A DNA stretch of 25,383 nucleotides from Candidatus Aenigmatarchaeota archaeon (GTDB taxonomy: Archaea; Aenigmatarchaeota; Aenigmatarchaeia; QMZP01). A model generated the notes under the pieces. The model made no database searches and was not told where the DNA came from. It saw only the letters and a program-made list of their open reading frames with translations. Of the stretch, positions 17,157-25,383 are shown piece by piece; the first letter of the stretch is position 1; every line of letters begins with the position of its first letter. A program made the translations under genes and the position numbers. The stretch is taken from contig JAVZYR010000006.1 of assembly GCA_038999435.1 (NCBI GenBank), positions 1 through 25,383 on the forward strand. The letters are read 5' to 3'.

Positions 17157-18473
17157 TTATTCAATGTCTATCTCATTTGAAAAAACAGAATATTTCTTTC
17201 CTTTTATATCAAAATTCAATTTTGCTGGAGGAAGACGCACCGAAGCAGGCATTGGTAGTTTAATGGTATAGTTTACAATCCTAATTTCTCTTGGAGGAAT
17301 ATTACCAAGACGCCATATCAGTTCTGTTCCTTTTTCACCCTTTCTTGTTACAGGATTTAGATGACCTGAATCAGCAAGTTGTGATAGTGGGGAGATGATA
17401 TCTTTTAATATAGCATCCTTAACACCTCTCAAAAATGGTGATTTTATCTCAAGTACAACAACATGGTCATTCGGGCTTTTTTTAACTATCTTCTTTGTTA
17501 TTACAGGCCTGCTTATTCTGAACTTGTAAAACCACACAATAAAAATGAACATTATAACAAAACCTACAACCTCTGATATTGTTGGCCAATAGCTTATTGA
17601 ATATACTATCTTTGCACTCGTGCCTGGTTTTATTTCTTCTATCAAGAAATCACATTGACCACCATCGCATTTCACAGGCTTTGTAATAAAACCTGTAAAC
17701 CATATTGGAGATATGTCTCTTTTGACAGTATAATTATAAATCGGTTGATTTCCTTTGTTCTCTACTTCTATTTCTACTATGTCCTGAAGGAAGCCAGATT
17801 TGATATTTATGTTCTCTACAACATCTTTTATAGGACTTATTCTGAATTCATGGCTTACCTCACAACATTTAGAAGATATTTTCAAAACATAATCGCCATA
17901 TACAAGCCCTTGAAGTGACATCTCATTTTTAAATCTTTCTTCATCTTTAACCCATACATCTATTTGAGATGAAGAGATGATGTTCTTGCCTGAATATATA
18001 CCAAAGATTAGATTAACTTTCCCTGCCTCTTTTACCTTAATTGCCCCATTTACAACCAACACATCGCCTTTTACTTCAAGTGCAATATCATGGATATATA
18101 TCTCAGGTAATACCCTTAGTGAAAATATCCTTTCATAAACAGCACCAGAACTTGTTTTTATGATAAGTCGGTATTGTATATTTTTTTCTTTATCTGTTTT
18201 TGGTAAAAATGTGATGTTAAATATTTCTGACTGATTTGGGCTTAATGAAAGATAAAGAACAGATGGTATTTGCCATTCGAGATGTTCACCTTGAACTGAT
18301 ATCTCAAGTCCTTCTGTCCAATTTTCTGTATTTGTTACAGCAACTTCAAAATCGGCCCTTTCTCCTGAAAAAATGACAATCTGTGGGTTTTCAATTCTTA
18401 CATCGAGTGCATATACAGATGAGGCACAAAACATAATACCAATGAATGCCAAAAATATAATTTGAAATTTCAT
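17157..18473 (-). CDS. Cell-surface / single-pass membrane protein with beta-rich (Ig-like) domains
   Basis: Signal peptide ending ..VYA|LD, beta-rich segments (VTNTEN, EVENKGN, IKPG), TM WPTISEVVGFVIMFIFIVWFY, basic C-terminal domain. Confidence 0.7.
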   Translation of the reverse strand: MKFQIIFLAFIGIMFCASSVYALDVRIENPQIVIFSGERADFEVAVTNTENWTEGLEISVQGEHLEWQIPSVLYLSLSPNQSEIFNITFLPKTDKEKNIQYRLIIKTSSGAVYERIFSLRVLPEIYIHDIALEVKGDVLVVNGAIKVKEAGKVNLIFGIYSGKNIISSSQIDVWVKDEERFKNEMSLQGLVYGDYVLKISSKCCEVSHEFRISPIKDVVENINIKSGFLQDIVEIEVENKGNQPIYNYTVKRDISPIWFTGFITKPVKCDGGQCDFLIEEIKPGTSAKIVYSISYWPTISEVVGFVIMFIFIVWFYKFRISRPVITKKIVKKSPNDHVVVLEIKSPFLRGVKDAILKDIISPLSQLADSGHLNPVTRKGEKGTELIWRLGNIPPREIRIVNYTIKLPMPASVRLPPAKLNFDIKGKKYSVFSNEIDIE

Positions 18474-18489
18474 AAGAATAATTGCAACA

Positions 18490-18556
18490 AAGATTTAAAT
18501 TCTTAACTAAATTCAGAAAATCAATCATCTGAGAAATCTTTAAGAATGTTAATCTT
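18490..18556. repeat. Imperfect inverted repeat in the divergent intergenic region
   Basis: 18490-18506 pairs with 18540-18556 at 15 of 17 positions; inner TCAGA (18513-18517) pairs with TCTGA (18528-18532). Confidence 0.7.
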
Positions 18557-18591
18557 CGTGGATTTTTATTTAAACTAAAACAAGATAATAT

Positions 18592-19071
18592 ATGGCAGTA
18601 CCCGAGCTTGTAGAATATGTCAAAAACAGACTTGCTGCAGGATGGACCGAGGCTGATATAAGAGAGAACTTGCTTGAATATGGCTGGACAGAATCTCAAA
18701 TTCTCGATGCAATAAAAGAAGTGAAATCAGCAAAACCTGAACAACCAAAAGAGGAGGTAAAAGAGAAAAAAATAATCTCATTTGGTGCGATACTCGGCTT
18801 TGGTGCTGGGCTTTTCATATTTCTTGGTTTTATCATGCCATATTTAGCAGGGCTGCCAAGCTTTTCTATTTTTGAAATACCTATCATAGGTCAGTATCTT
18901 TCTGCCTTAATTGGTTTGATTATGATCATTGCAGCACTTTTAGCCAACAAAACGAGATTCTTTGGTGCCCTGATTTTGATATTCTCTATATTATATCTTT
19001 TAACAGGAGGAAACATCCTAGTTTTTGTTATAGCATTAATCGCATCTGTGCTTGCTATAGCAAAAAGATAA
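18592..19071 (+). CDS. Hypothetical membrane protein with small N-terminal helical domain
   Basis: YVKNRLAAGWTEADIRENLLEYGWTESQILDAI helical module, charged linker, then about 4 TM helices. Confidence 0.75.
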   Translation: MAVPELVEYVKNRLAAGWTEADIRENLLEYGWTESQILDAIKEVKSAKPEQPKEEVKEKKIISFGAILGFGAGLFIFLGFIMPYLAGLPSFSIFEIPIIGQYLSALIGLIMIIAALLANKTRFFGALILIFSILYLLTGGNILVFVIALIASVLAIAKR

Positions 19072-19157
19072 GCTCGGGGTGGGATTTTCAGCTTTTGACA
19101 ATTGAACCCACTTCCGCGGCTCTGCAGGCCGCTGCATAACCGGTCTGCCACCCGAGC
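19071..19157 (-). tRNA. tRNA-Cys(GCA) with 16-nt intron at 59/60 in the T-loop (19085-19100)
   Basis: Minus strand: GCTCGGG...GCGGC-CT-GCA-GA-GCCGC...GTGGG-TTCAAT[TGTCAAAAGCTGAAAA]T-CCCAC-CCCGAGC-T; U73 discriminator fits Cys. Confidence 0.93.
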
Positions 19158-19185
19158 ATTTTAATAATTAATCAATTTATAATAT

Positions 19186-19359
19186 ATGGCAAGAGTAAAA
19201 TCTCCAGAGGCTGAAGCAAGGCTATTCCATCGCGTTTTCATATGCATGGCATGTGGTGCGCGAATCAGGGCAGATTTACAAAAGGTTAAAGAAGGGAAGG
19301 TGAAATGCAGAAGATGCAAAAGAAAACAGCTTAGACAAATCCATAGGGAGCTAAAGTAG
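19186..19359 (+). CDS. rpl40e: 50S ribosomal protein eL40
   Basis: 57 aa MARVKSPEAEARLFHRVFICMACGARIRADLQKVKEGKVKCRRCKRKQLRQIHRELK; below the ORF-track cutoff; PEAEARL and CxxC...CRRC. Confidence 0.88.
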   Translation: MARVKSPEAEARLFHRVFICMACGARIRADLQKVKEGKVKCRRCKRKQLRQIHRELK

Positions 19360-19360
19360 C

Positions 19361-19609
19361 ATGAAAAAGGGCTTTTATAAGAGGGGTTGGAAACATACAA
19401 AAAGGAGAGGCAGAGAGGCCACGGTTATATGCGGTTATTGTGGTCGAATAGTGCCAAAATATAAAACATTTTCTGTTACAAAAGGGATGAAGATCACAGA
19501 CCCTCTTTTGAGAAAAGAGCTTGGAAGGAAGATTTCTATGCTCTCTGAAAAGCTTTATGCCTGTCCTGCATGCGCAAGATTTCATAGAATAGTAAGAAAA
19601 AAGAGATAA
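19361..19609 (+). CDS. rps26e: 30S ribosomal protein eS26
   Basis: RGREATVICGYCGRIVPKYK...DP.L.KEL...YACPACARFHRIV matches the S26e zinc-binding pattern; follows eL40. Confidence 0.85.
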   Translation: MKKGFYKRGWKHTKRRGREATVICGYCGRIVPKYKTFSVTKGMKITDPLLRKELGRKISMLSEKLYACPACARFHRIVRKKR

Positions 19610-19621
19610 ACAATATTTAAT

Positions 19622-20497
19622 ATGCTAAAATTTTATCAAAAGGTTGCAACAACAATATTCGATCCATTGTCAAAAAGGCTTGAACCCTCATTTGAGACGC
19701 TCAAACCACATCTAAAAGGTGCTGGGATGACGATAAGCCTTCGTGCCTGGATATCTTCTTGTCTTCTAACCACCCTTCTTACTTATACATTGACATTCAT
19801 TTTTATTGAAATTGCCAACATATATCTTCTCCTCGAGCCCTTCACATTTCTTTATATCCTTGTTTTTGTTCCGATTCTATCTGCTGCATTCTCTTTTGTG
19901 CTGCTATACATTTATCCAATAGAGCTGGCAAAATCTAAACAAAAATCGATTGATACAAACCTTCCTTTTGCGCTTGCACACATGTCGGCAATTGCTTCCT
20001 CAGGTATTCCTCCTGAATTTATGTTTGAAATGTTGACAGAGTTTAAAGAATATGGTGAGATAGCAAAACAATCAAAGATGATTGTAAACAATATGAAAGT
20101 TTTTGGTATGTCATCTGTTGCTGCAATGAAGGATGTTGCTGAAAAGAGCCCTTCAAAGCTTTTTAGACATGTTATACTTGGCATTGCATCAACAATAGAA
20201 AAAGGTGGTAACCTTGTCGAATATTTAAAAGTGATGTCTGACAAAGCACTTTTTGAATATAGAATAAGAAGGGAGGCATATCTTAAAACACTCTCAACCT
20301 ATGCAGACCTTTATACAGGCCTTCTTGTTGCAGCACCACTTATCATTTTAGCAACACTTGCTGTGATGGCAATTGTTGGTGGGGAGATACTTGGTATGAC
20401 AATTGGTGATGTTATAAATCTCATCACATGGACAGGTCTACCATTCTTAAATATAATGTTCTTGATATTTGTTCATATCACATATCCTGGTGTTTAG
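19622..20497 (+). CDS. Type IV pilus membrane platform protein (T2SS-F / TadB-C family), second paralog
   Basis: IDTNLPFALAHMSAIASSGIPP, EYGEIA, SPSKLF, GGNLVEYL, ADLYTGLLVAAP. Confidence 0.9.
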   Translation: MLKFYQKVATTIFDPLSKRLEPSFETLKPHLKGAGMTISLRAWISSCLLTTLLTYTLTFIFIEIANIYLLLEPFTFLYILVFVPILSAAFSFVLLYIYPIELAKSKQKSIDTNLPFALAHMSAIASSGIPPEFMFEMLTEFKEYGEIAKQSKMIVNNMKVFGMSSVAAMKDVAEKSPSKLFRHVILGIASTIEKGGNLVEYLKVMSDKALFEYRIRREAYLKTLSTYADLYTGLLVAAPLIILATLAVMAIVGGEILGMTIGDVINLITWTGLPFLNIMFLIFVHITYPGV

Positions 20498-22116
20498 CGA
20501 GGCAAAATACGTGGTTTTATATCCTTTTTCACCCAATCTAAAACCGTATCCTTATCTCTATAATAAAGATTTACAATCGAGCAAAATTGATCATATTGGC
20601 TTATCTTTTTCCTTGCTGCCCATTCAAGCACCTTCTTCCTGTTTTCAATTTCATCGATAATTTTTTGGAATGGTATACCTGTCTCGAATGAAAGCCTTCT
20701 AAGAATGTGGGATTGGGCAATATTTTCTCTAAAATCATCTGTTACAGGTATCCATGTGAATGTTTTGACAACACGAGCCCTTCCTGTTGTGATGTCTATA
20801 GATTCTATCTCATTTACAGATTTCACCCTTCTTGCTGATTTACCTTTCTCGACAGCATGCGTCATTACAATTACAACATCTAATGCCTCGATTAATGATG
20901 GGCTTAACTCGATTGGTGGTGTTTCGAGTCTTTTTATCATATCTTCAACAGAACCAGAATGTATTGTTCCCATGCTTGGATTTCCTGATGCCATACCTTG
21001 GAAGAGCACGTATGCCTCCTTTCCTCTTACTTCACCAACAATCGTATAATCAGGTTTCATTCTGAATGATTCTTTTAATAGGTCAAAAAGTTCAATCTCA
21101 CCGTATTTTTTACCTTCTGGTCCTGGTATTCCAAAACCTACACGCGTTGCTGCAGGAATCCAATTTTTGTGTGGTATATTTATCTCTCTCGTCTCCTCTA
21201 TCGAGACTATCTTTCTTTCCTCTGGCACAAACATTGTGAGAGAATTTAAAAATGTTGTCTTTCCTGTTGCAACAGCACCGCATACCATAATTGATGCAGA
21301 ATGCTCAATAAGAAACCAAAGATATGCAAATAGAAGGCTGTCTGCAGTTTTAAATTCCATCAAATCTATTGGAGAAAATGGTATTTTTCTAAACTTTCTT
21401 ATTGAAAATGTGGGCCCTTTTGTTGTGACATCTTTTGCAAGCGTTGCCTGGACCCTGCTGCCATCAGGTAATGTACCATCGAGGAGTGGCTCGGCGTATG
21501 TAACATACCTACCACAACGCTCTGCAAGCTTGACAACAAAATTATTTAGCTGTTCAAAGTCATTATAGACTATATTCGTCTCAAGCGAACCGAACTTTCT
21601 ATGCACAATATAGATTGGTACTTCGGTTCCTGTACAACCTATATCTTCTATATACGGGTCATGCATCAAAACTTCTATTTCATTTAAACCATAGAAGTTT
21701 CTCCATATATAATACATAAATTTGAGCCATACCTTTGCACTCAATTTTATCTTGAGTTCTACCAATACCTCTTTAAATTTTCTTTCTATATAATCAATCA
21801 GTTTTTCTTTGTCAATAACATCCATTGATGTGTCTATCTTTTCTGATAGTGCTTTTGATAATTGTATAAAGAGTTTTTTTTCAGATTCTGTCAGCTCGGG
21901 CTCAATAACATGATATTTTAACTTTTTATCTTTTTCGTCCCATAATATGCGAACACTTGCCCACGGCTCGAGTAGCGGATAGGTTATATCAACCTTTTTC
22001 TCATCTTTTATTTCAGGTATGATTATAAAATGCCTTGGCTCCCTTATTCTAAACCTTGGATATACCTTTTCTGGTTTTATGAGCTTCCTTCTCAAAAGAC
22101 CTCTTAGCTGTATCAT
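20494..22116 (-). CDS. Type IV pilus / archaellum-type assembly ATPase (FlaI/TadA family)
   Basis: DPYIEDIGC, LPDGSRVQAT, FSIRKFR, Walker A GAVATGKTT, SIEETREI, RMKPDYTIVGEVRG, TIHS. Confidence 0.95.
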   Translation of the reverse strand: MIQLRGLLRRKLIKPEKVYPRFRIREPRHFIIIPEIKDEKKVDITYPLLEPWASVRILWDEKDKKLKYHVIEPELTESEKKLFIQLSKALSEKIDTSMDVIDKEKLIDYIERKFKEVLVELKIKLSAKVWLKFMYYIWRNFYGLNEIEVLMHDPYIEDIGCTGTEVPIYIVHRKFGSLETNIVYNDFEQLNNFVVKLAERCGRYVTYAEPLLDGTLPDGSRVQATLAKDVTTKGPTFSIRKFRKIPFSPIDLMEFKTADSLLFAYLWFLIEHSASIMVCGAVATGKTTFLNSLTMFVPEERKIVSIEETREINIPHKNWIPAATRVGFGIPGPEGKKYGEIELFDLLKESFRMKPDYTIVGEVRGKEAYVLFQGMASGNPSMGTIHSGSVEDMIKRLETPPIELSPSLIEALDVVIVMTHAVEKGKSARRVKSVNEIESIDITTGRARVVKTFTWIPVTDDFRENIAQSHILRRLSFETGIPFQKIIDEIENRKKVLEWAARKKISQYDQFCSIVNLYYRDKDTVLDWVKKDIKPRILPR

Positions 22117-22799
22117 TTCTTTATGAATGCTTCTTCTTCAGGTAAAATCCTTATACCATTTTTATCTATATGATAGGGGTGCATTTTTTGTGAATGCGGT
22201 GAGCCTCTCATCTTCCATACTTGAATTGCCCTCAAAAACTGTGATTCAACCCTTTCATAGTAAAAAACGATCACAGAATCGGCAACGAACTCCTCGACAC
22301 CATACCTTGAAAGACCAGGACTACCAGGCACAATCTCAGAAACAATAAGCGCAGTGCAGCCAAGACGGCGAAGCAATAATGATATATCAAATATCATCCT
22401 TCTCAGTTCTGCTCTATCCTTGACATACAGGCCTAATGCTGAGATTGAATCTATCGCAACTCTTGTTGCACCAATCTCCTTTATCGTTGATTCGAGTATG
22501 TCTATCACATCCTCTATCCGATAAGGATCATAACGCATGATAGCTATCTTTCTTTTTTTCTCAAGTGCATTGAAATCCCATCCAAAAACAGAGGCATTCT
22601 GTCTTATGTATTCTGCTGGTTCTTCGAATGAAAGATAAACACCTGGTTCATTGCCCTTTGCACCAAAATTCAAATATTGCATACAAAATATGGTTTTTCC
22701 AGTCCCTGAAGTACCTGTAATGAGCAAAAGCTGGTTCTTTGGTATACCTCCCCCCACCAACTCATCAAAACCTGGTATACCTGACTTTATTCTTTGCAT
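22113..22799 (-). CDS. Single-domain KaiC/RAD55-like ATPase
   Basis: RIKSGIPGFDELVGGG, GTSGTGKT, SFEE, IDSIS, YGVEEFVADSVI, KMRGSPHS; 4-bp overlap with the pilus ATPase gene. Confidence 0.93.
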   Translation of the reverse strand: MQRIKSGIPGFDELVGGGIPKNQLLLITGTSGTGKTIFCMQYLNFGAKGNEPGVYLSFEEPAEYIRQNASVFGWDFNALEKKRKIAIMRYDPYRIEDVIDILESTIKEIGATRVAIDSISALGLYVKDRAELRRMIFDISLLLRRLGCTALIVSEIVPGSPGLSRYGVEEFVADSVIVFYYERVESQFLRAIQVWKMRGSPHSQKMHPYHIDKNGIRILPEEEAFIKK

Positions 22800-22826
22800 G
22801 TATAATATTAATTCGATTTCATATTT

Positions 22827-24029
22827 ATGGATATGGACAAAGAAGAACTAAAGCTACTGTTACAGGAACTCGAAAAGATTAGAGGCAGGCATACCGAACT
22901 TGTTTCTGTATATGTACCTGCAGGTTATAATATCCTTAAAGTTGCTGAACAGATAAGAAGCGAGCAATCTACTGCACAAAACATAAAATCAAAAACTGTT
23001 AGAAAGAATGTACTTGCTGCACTTGAAAAAATATCAGGTCATCTAAGATATTATAAAGAGACACCACCCAATGGCCTCGTAATATTTTGTGGAAATATCT
23101 CTGAAAGAGAAGGTGTGGCAGACATCAGGCTATGGGCAATCGAGCCATTCGAACCGATAGGAGTAAGGCTTTATCGTTGTGATCAGATATTCATTCTTGA
23201 TCCGCTAAAGGACCTTGTGAGAGAAACAGAGATCTATGGTCTGATTGTACTTGATAAATCAGAGGCTGACATCGGGTTATTAAAAGGAAAGGTTGTACAG
23301 AAAATCAAACATCTGGATTCGATCGTTCCTGGAAAGACAAAGGCAGGTGGATGGTCTCAACAAAGATATGCAAGGGTCAGAGAAGCGCTGCTAAATGACT
23401 TTCTCAAAAAGGTTGGAGAGATTGCAAGTGCGCAGTTTAGAGGTATGCGTGATCTAAAAGGGCTCATTATTGGTGGACCAGGACCAATAAAGGAACAGTT
23501 CTTTGATGGTGATTACCTTGCCTATGATATCAAACAAAAGGTGCTTGGTGTTGTCAACACATCATATACAGGTGAGTATGGGCTTAATGAACTTGTTGAA
23601 AGGTCAGAGGAGATACTCGCTGAGGCAGCAGTGATGAAAGAAAAGAGGATTCTTGAGAGGTTTTTTGATGAGCTTGCAAAAGGTGGGGAAAAGATTGTAT
23701 ATGGGCTAAAAGAAACTGTGTCAGCACTTAAGATGGGCAATATTGAACTGCTTCTCATTTCAGAAGGCTTTGATTTGATAGAAGTGGATGCAAAATGCAC
23801 ATGTGGTTGGGCAGGAAAGATTATTGTAAAGAAAGGTGAAGTGATAAAATGTCCAAAATGCAGTGCTATAATAGAAAAATATGATATATTCGATGTGAAA
23901 GAGAATGTGATAAAGCTTGCAAAAGAAATGGGAAGCCAGATTGAATGGATATCTACACAAACCCCACGTGGTCAACAGTTTAAGGAGTTGGGAGGGATTG
24001 GCGGTATCCTGAGATATAAGTTAGGATAG
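22827..24029 (+). CDS. prf1: Peptide chain release factor aRF1 (GGW variant)
   Basis: GRHTELVSVYVP, NIKS, YRCDQIF, GGPGPIK, GGIGGILRY; the GGQ position reads GGW. Confidence 0.95.
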   Translation: MDMDKEELKLLLQELEKIRGRHTELVSVYVPAGYNILKVAEQIRSEQSTAQNIKSKTVRKNVLAALEKISGHLRYYKETPPNGLVIFCGNISEREGVADIRLWAIEPFEPIGVRLYRCDQIFILDPLKDLVRETEIYGLIVLDKSEADIGLLKGKVVQKIKHLDSIVPGKTKAGGWSQQRYARVREALLNDFLKKVGEIASAQFRGMRDLKGLIIGGPGPIKEQFFDGDYLAYDIKQKVLGVVNTSYTGEYGLNELVERSEEILAEAAVMKEKRILERFFDELAKGGEKIVYGLKETVSALKMGNIELLLISEGFDLIEVDAKCTCGWAGKIIVKKGEVIKCPKCSAIIEKYDIFDVKENVIKLAKEMGSQIEWISTQTPRGQQFKELGGIGGILRYKLG

Positions 24030-24950
24030 CTTTTTGATCTCCTCTTCCAAATCCTTTTTCAACTCGGCTGATCTGTCCTCTTTACTGAAATAATCTATTC
24101 TTGCTGCTAAGCTAAGCTTTGCAGCTAAAAGTCGTGCAACCTTCCCTCTATTTTCTGGTTTTGCATGTTGAACAAATGGATGGAGAAATATTATACCATA
24201 CTTTGGTACTTTTGCCTTCTCTTTTAGATGTCTGAACAATGCCTTCTCTGCACCAAGCAGTTGTATTGTGGATGCAGGCATCTTTGCCAGTTTTTCAAGG
24301 CTACCTGCATGTTCAAGTAGCTTTGCTGCAATGAATGCGCCTGCAATCCCATACAAATTTGGCATCGTCTCTTTGCATATCTTCTCAAGATATTTGAAAA
24401 GCGCCTTTCTTTGTTCAAATATCTGAGCTAACATACCTGCCCATGCCCTTGCCGTTTCCACATCTTGTGGACTAAATTCCATGCCTGCTGAAGTGCTTGC
24501 AAGGTTCTCAAAACCTTTTATTTTATCCCTGCTCCCTCCTTCTGCAACGAGCTGAACAAACCTTTCATTGTCTGTCACAACTTTTGTTAATTCTGGAAAG
24601 TGAAGGCCATACCATTCCCTGAATCTCTCAACAAATGAGTTTAGGTTTTTGTCAATTTGTTCTATCATCCCAACAACAGGCTTTGCGATATTTTCTTTCC
24701 TTCCTTGTCTTAGCTTTTGTTTTACAGACAAAATACCTGCCTCATTCAGCATGATGTTTATCTCTAAATCGCTCTTTGCGAGCCCTGCTTTGATAATAGC
24801 ATTTCTAAGACCTTTTCTAAGAAAAGTATTATCTTCAATTATATCTTTAAATCTCTTTTTTATTTTTTCATCCTTTGAATAGCCCAAAAACCTGCCCTGC
24901 TCATCAAAAACAAAAAAACCGAGAGGGCATTTTGCAAGGTACACTGCCAT
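24021..24950 (-). CDS. nop5: C/D box sRNP subunit Nop5 (Nop56/58), compact
   Basis: RFREWYGLHFPEL, MPNL, AGSLEKLAKMPASTIQLLGAEKALFRHL, PKYGIIF.HP, RGKVARLLAAKLSLAARIDYF. Confidence 0.95.
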   Translation of the reverse strand: MAVYLAKCPLGFFVFDEQGRFLGYSKDEKIKKRFKDIIEDNTFLRKGLRNAIIKAGLAKSDLEINIMLNEAGILSVKQKLRQGRKENIAKPVVGMIEQIDKNLNSFVERFREWYGLHFPELTKVVTDNERFVQLVAEGGSRDKIKGFENLASTSAGMEFSPQDVETARAWAGMLAQIFEQRKALFKYLEKICKETMPNLYGIAGAFIAAKLLEHAGSLEKLAKMPASTIQLLGAEKALFRHLKEKAKVPKYGIIFLHPFVQHAKPENRGKVARLLAAKLSLAARIDYFSKEDRSAELKKDLEEEIKKLS

Positions 24951-24978
24951 TTTTATTTAATGAATTACTGCACTTTAA

Positions 24979-25383
24979 ATGAATATCCTCATCACAGGCA
25001 GGCCTGGATGTGGAAAATCAAGATTGCTTCAAGAGATAGTTAAAGAGCTGAACCTAAAGGTTGGTGGTATAGTCACACCTGAGATAAGAAAGAGGGGAGA
25101 GAGGATTGGTTTTGAGATTGTTGACATTGCAACAGGAAAGAGACAGCTCATGGCAGGGATTGGTATAAAAGGGCCAAAGGTATCAAAATATGGTGTTAAT
25201 ATCTCAGCCATAGAATTTGGCATAAAAGCCATAGAAAGGGCAATAAAAGAAGCAGAGCTAATAGTGATAGATGAGATTGGAAAGATGGAGCTATGTCATC
25301 CAGATTTTGATGCGGCTGTTAGGAAGGCGTTTCTATGTGGCAAACCTGTGCTTGCATGTGTACAGTTAAAATTGATTGACAAT
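24979..25383 (+). CDS. Nucleoside-triphosphatase THEP1 / NTPase_1 family (3'-truncated by window)
   Basis: MNILITGRPGCGKS, GGIVTPEIR..GERIGFEIVD, VSKYGVN, IVIDEIGKME; no stop in the window, so missing from the ORF track. Confidence 0.92.
   Translation, partial: MNILITGRPGCGKSRLLQEIVKELNLKVGGIVTPEIRKRGERIGFEIVDIATGKRQLMAGIGIKGPKVSKYGVNISAIEFGIKAIERAIKEAELIVIDEIGKMELCHPDFDAAVRKAFLCGKPVLACVQLKLIDN

Noticed and set aside
17057..19157. Two genes bracketed by inward-facing tRNAs as an integrated island
   Set aside because: No duplicated tRNA 3' end or integrase was seen, and the genes look like ordinary envelope proteins.
23790..23865. CxC...CxxC zinc-ribbon insertion in the aRF1 C domain
   Set aside because: Common in archaeal aRF1 proteins; not unusual.
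22827..24029. Stop-codon reassignment linked to the odd aRF1
   Set aside because: Conserved genes end at expected lengths with TGA (uS5, uL30, uL15), TAG (secY, eL40) and TAA, and show no in-frame stops.

Overview
Very densely packed archaeal chromosome segment. A streamlined DPANN-type archaeon is inferred from the tiny or overlapping intergenic spaces, a fragmented spc operon, eS26/eL40, shortened proteins and a non-canonically interrupted tRNA. It is mostly housekeeping: uS10 3' end, prefoldin alpha, Pth2, RNase Z, ValRS, ProRS, Bud32, uS5-uL30-uL15-SecY-(Adk-like)-DUF106, eL40, eS26, aRF1, Nop5 and an NTPase. It also holds two intron-containing tRNAs (Tyr-GTA, Cys-GCA), a type IV pilus system split over two loci with two single-domain KaiC-like ATPases, an AT-rich UbiA + V4R-like insert, an orphan DNA methyltransferase and a nucleoside 2-deoxyribosyltransferase-family gene. 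Most notable observations: (1) the aRF1 has GGW-S-QQ in place of the GGQ motif; (2) the 27-nt tRNA-Tyr intron consists almost entirely of C/D boxes and, if circularised, would form a 10-nt junction-spanning guide that fits a tRNA-Leu(CAG)-like anticodon arm; (3) tRNA-Cys has a BHB intron in the T-loop; (4) six divergent gene pairs are all spaced 26-29 bp apart; (5) the Adk-position gene lacks a P-loop; (6) SecY has a hydrophobic insertion; (7) a mosaic remnant of the V4R gene sits upstream of ubiA. No searches were run; product calls come from recognising motifs by eye.
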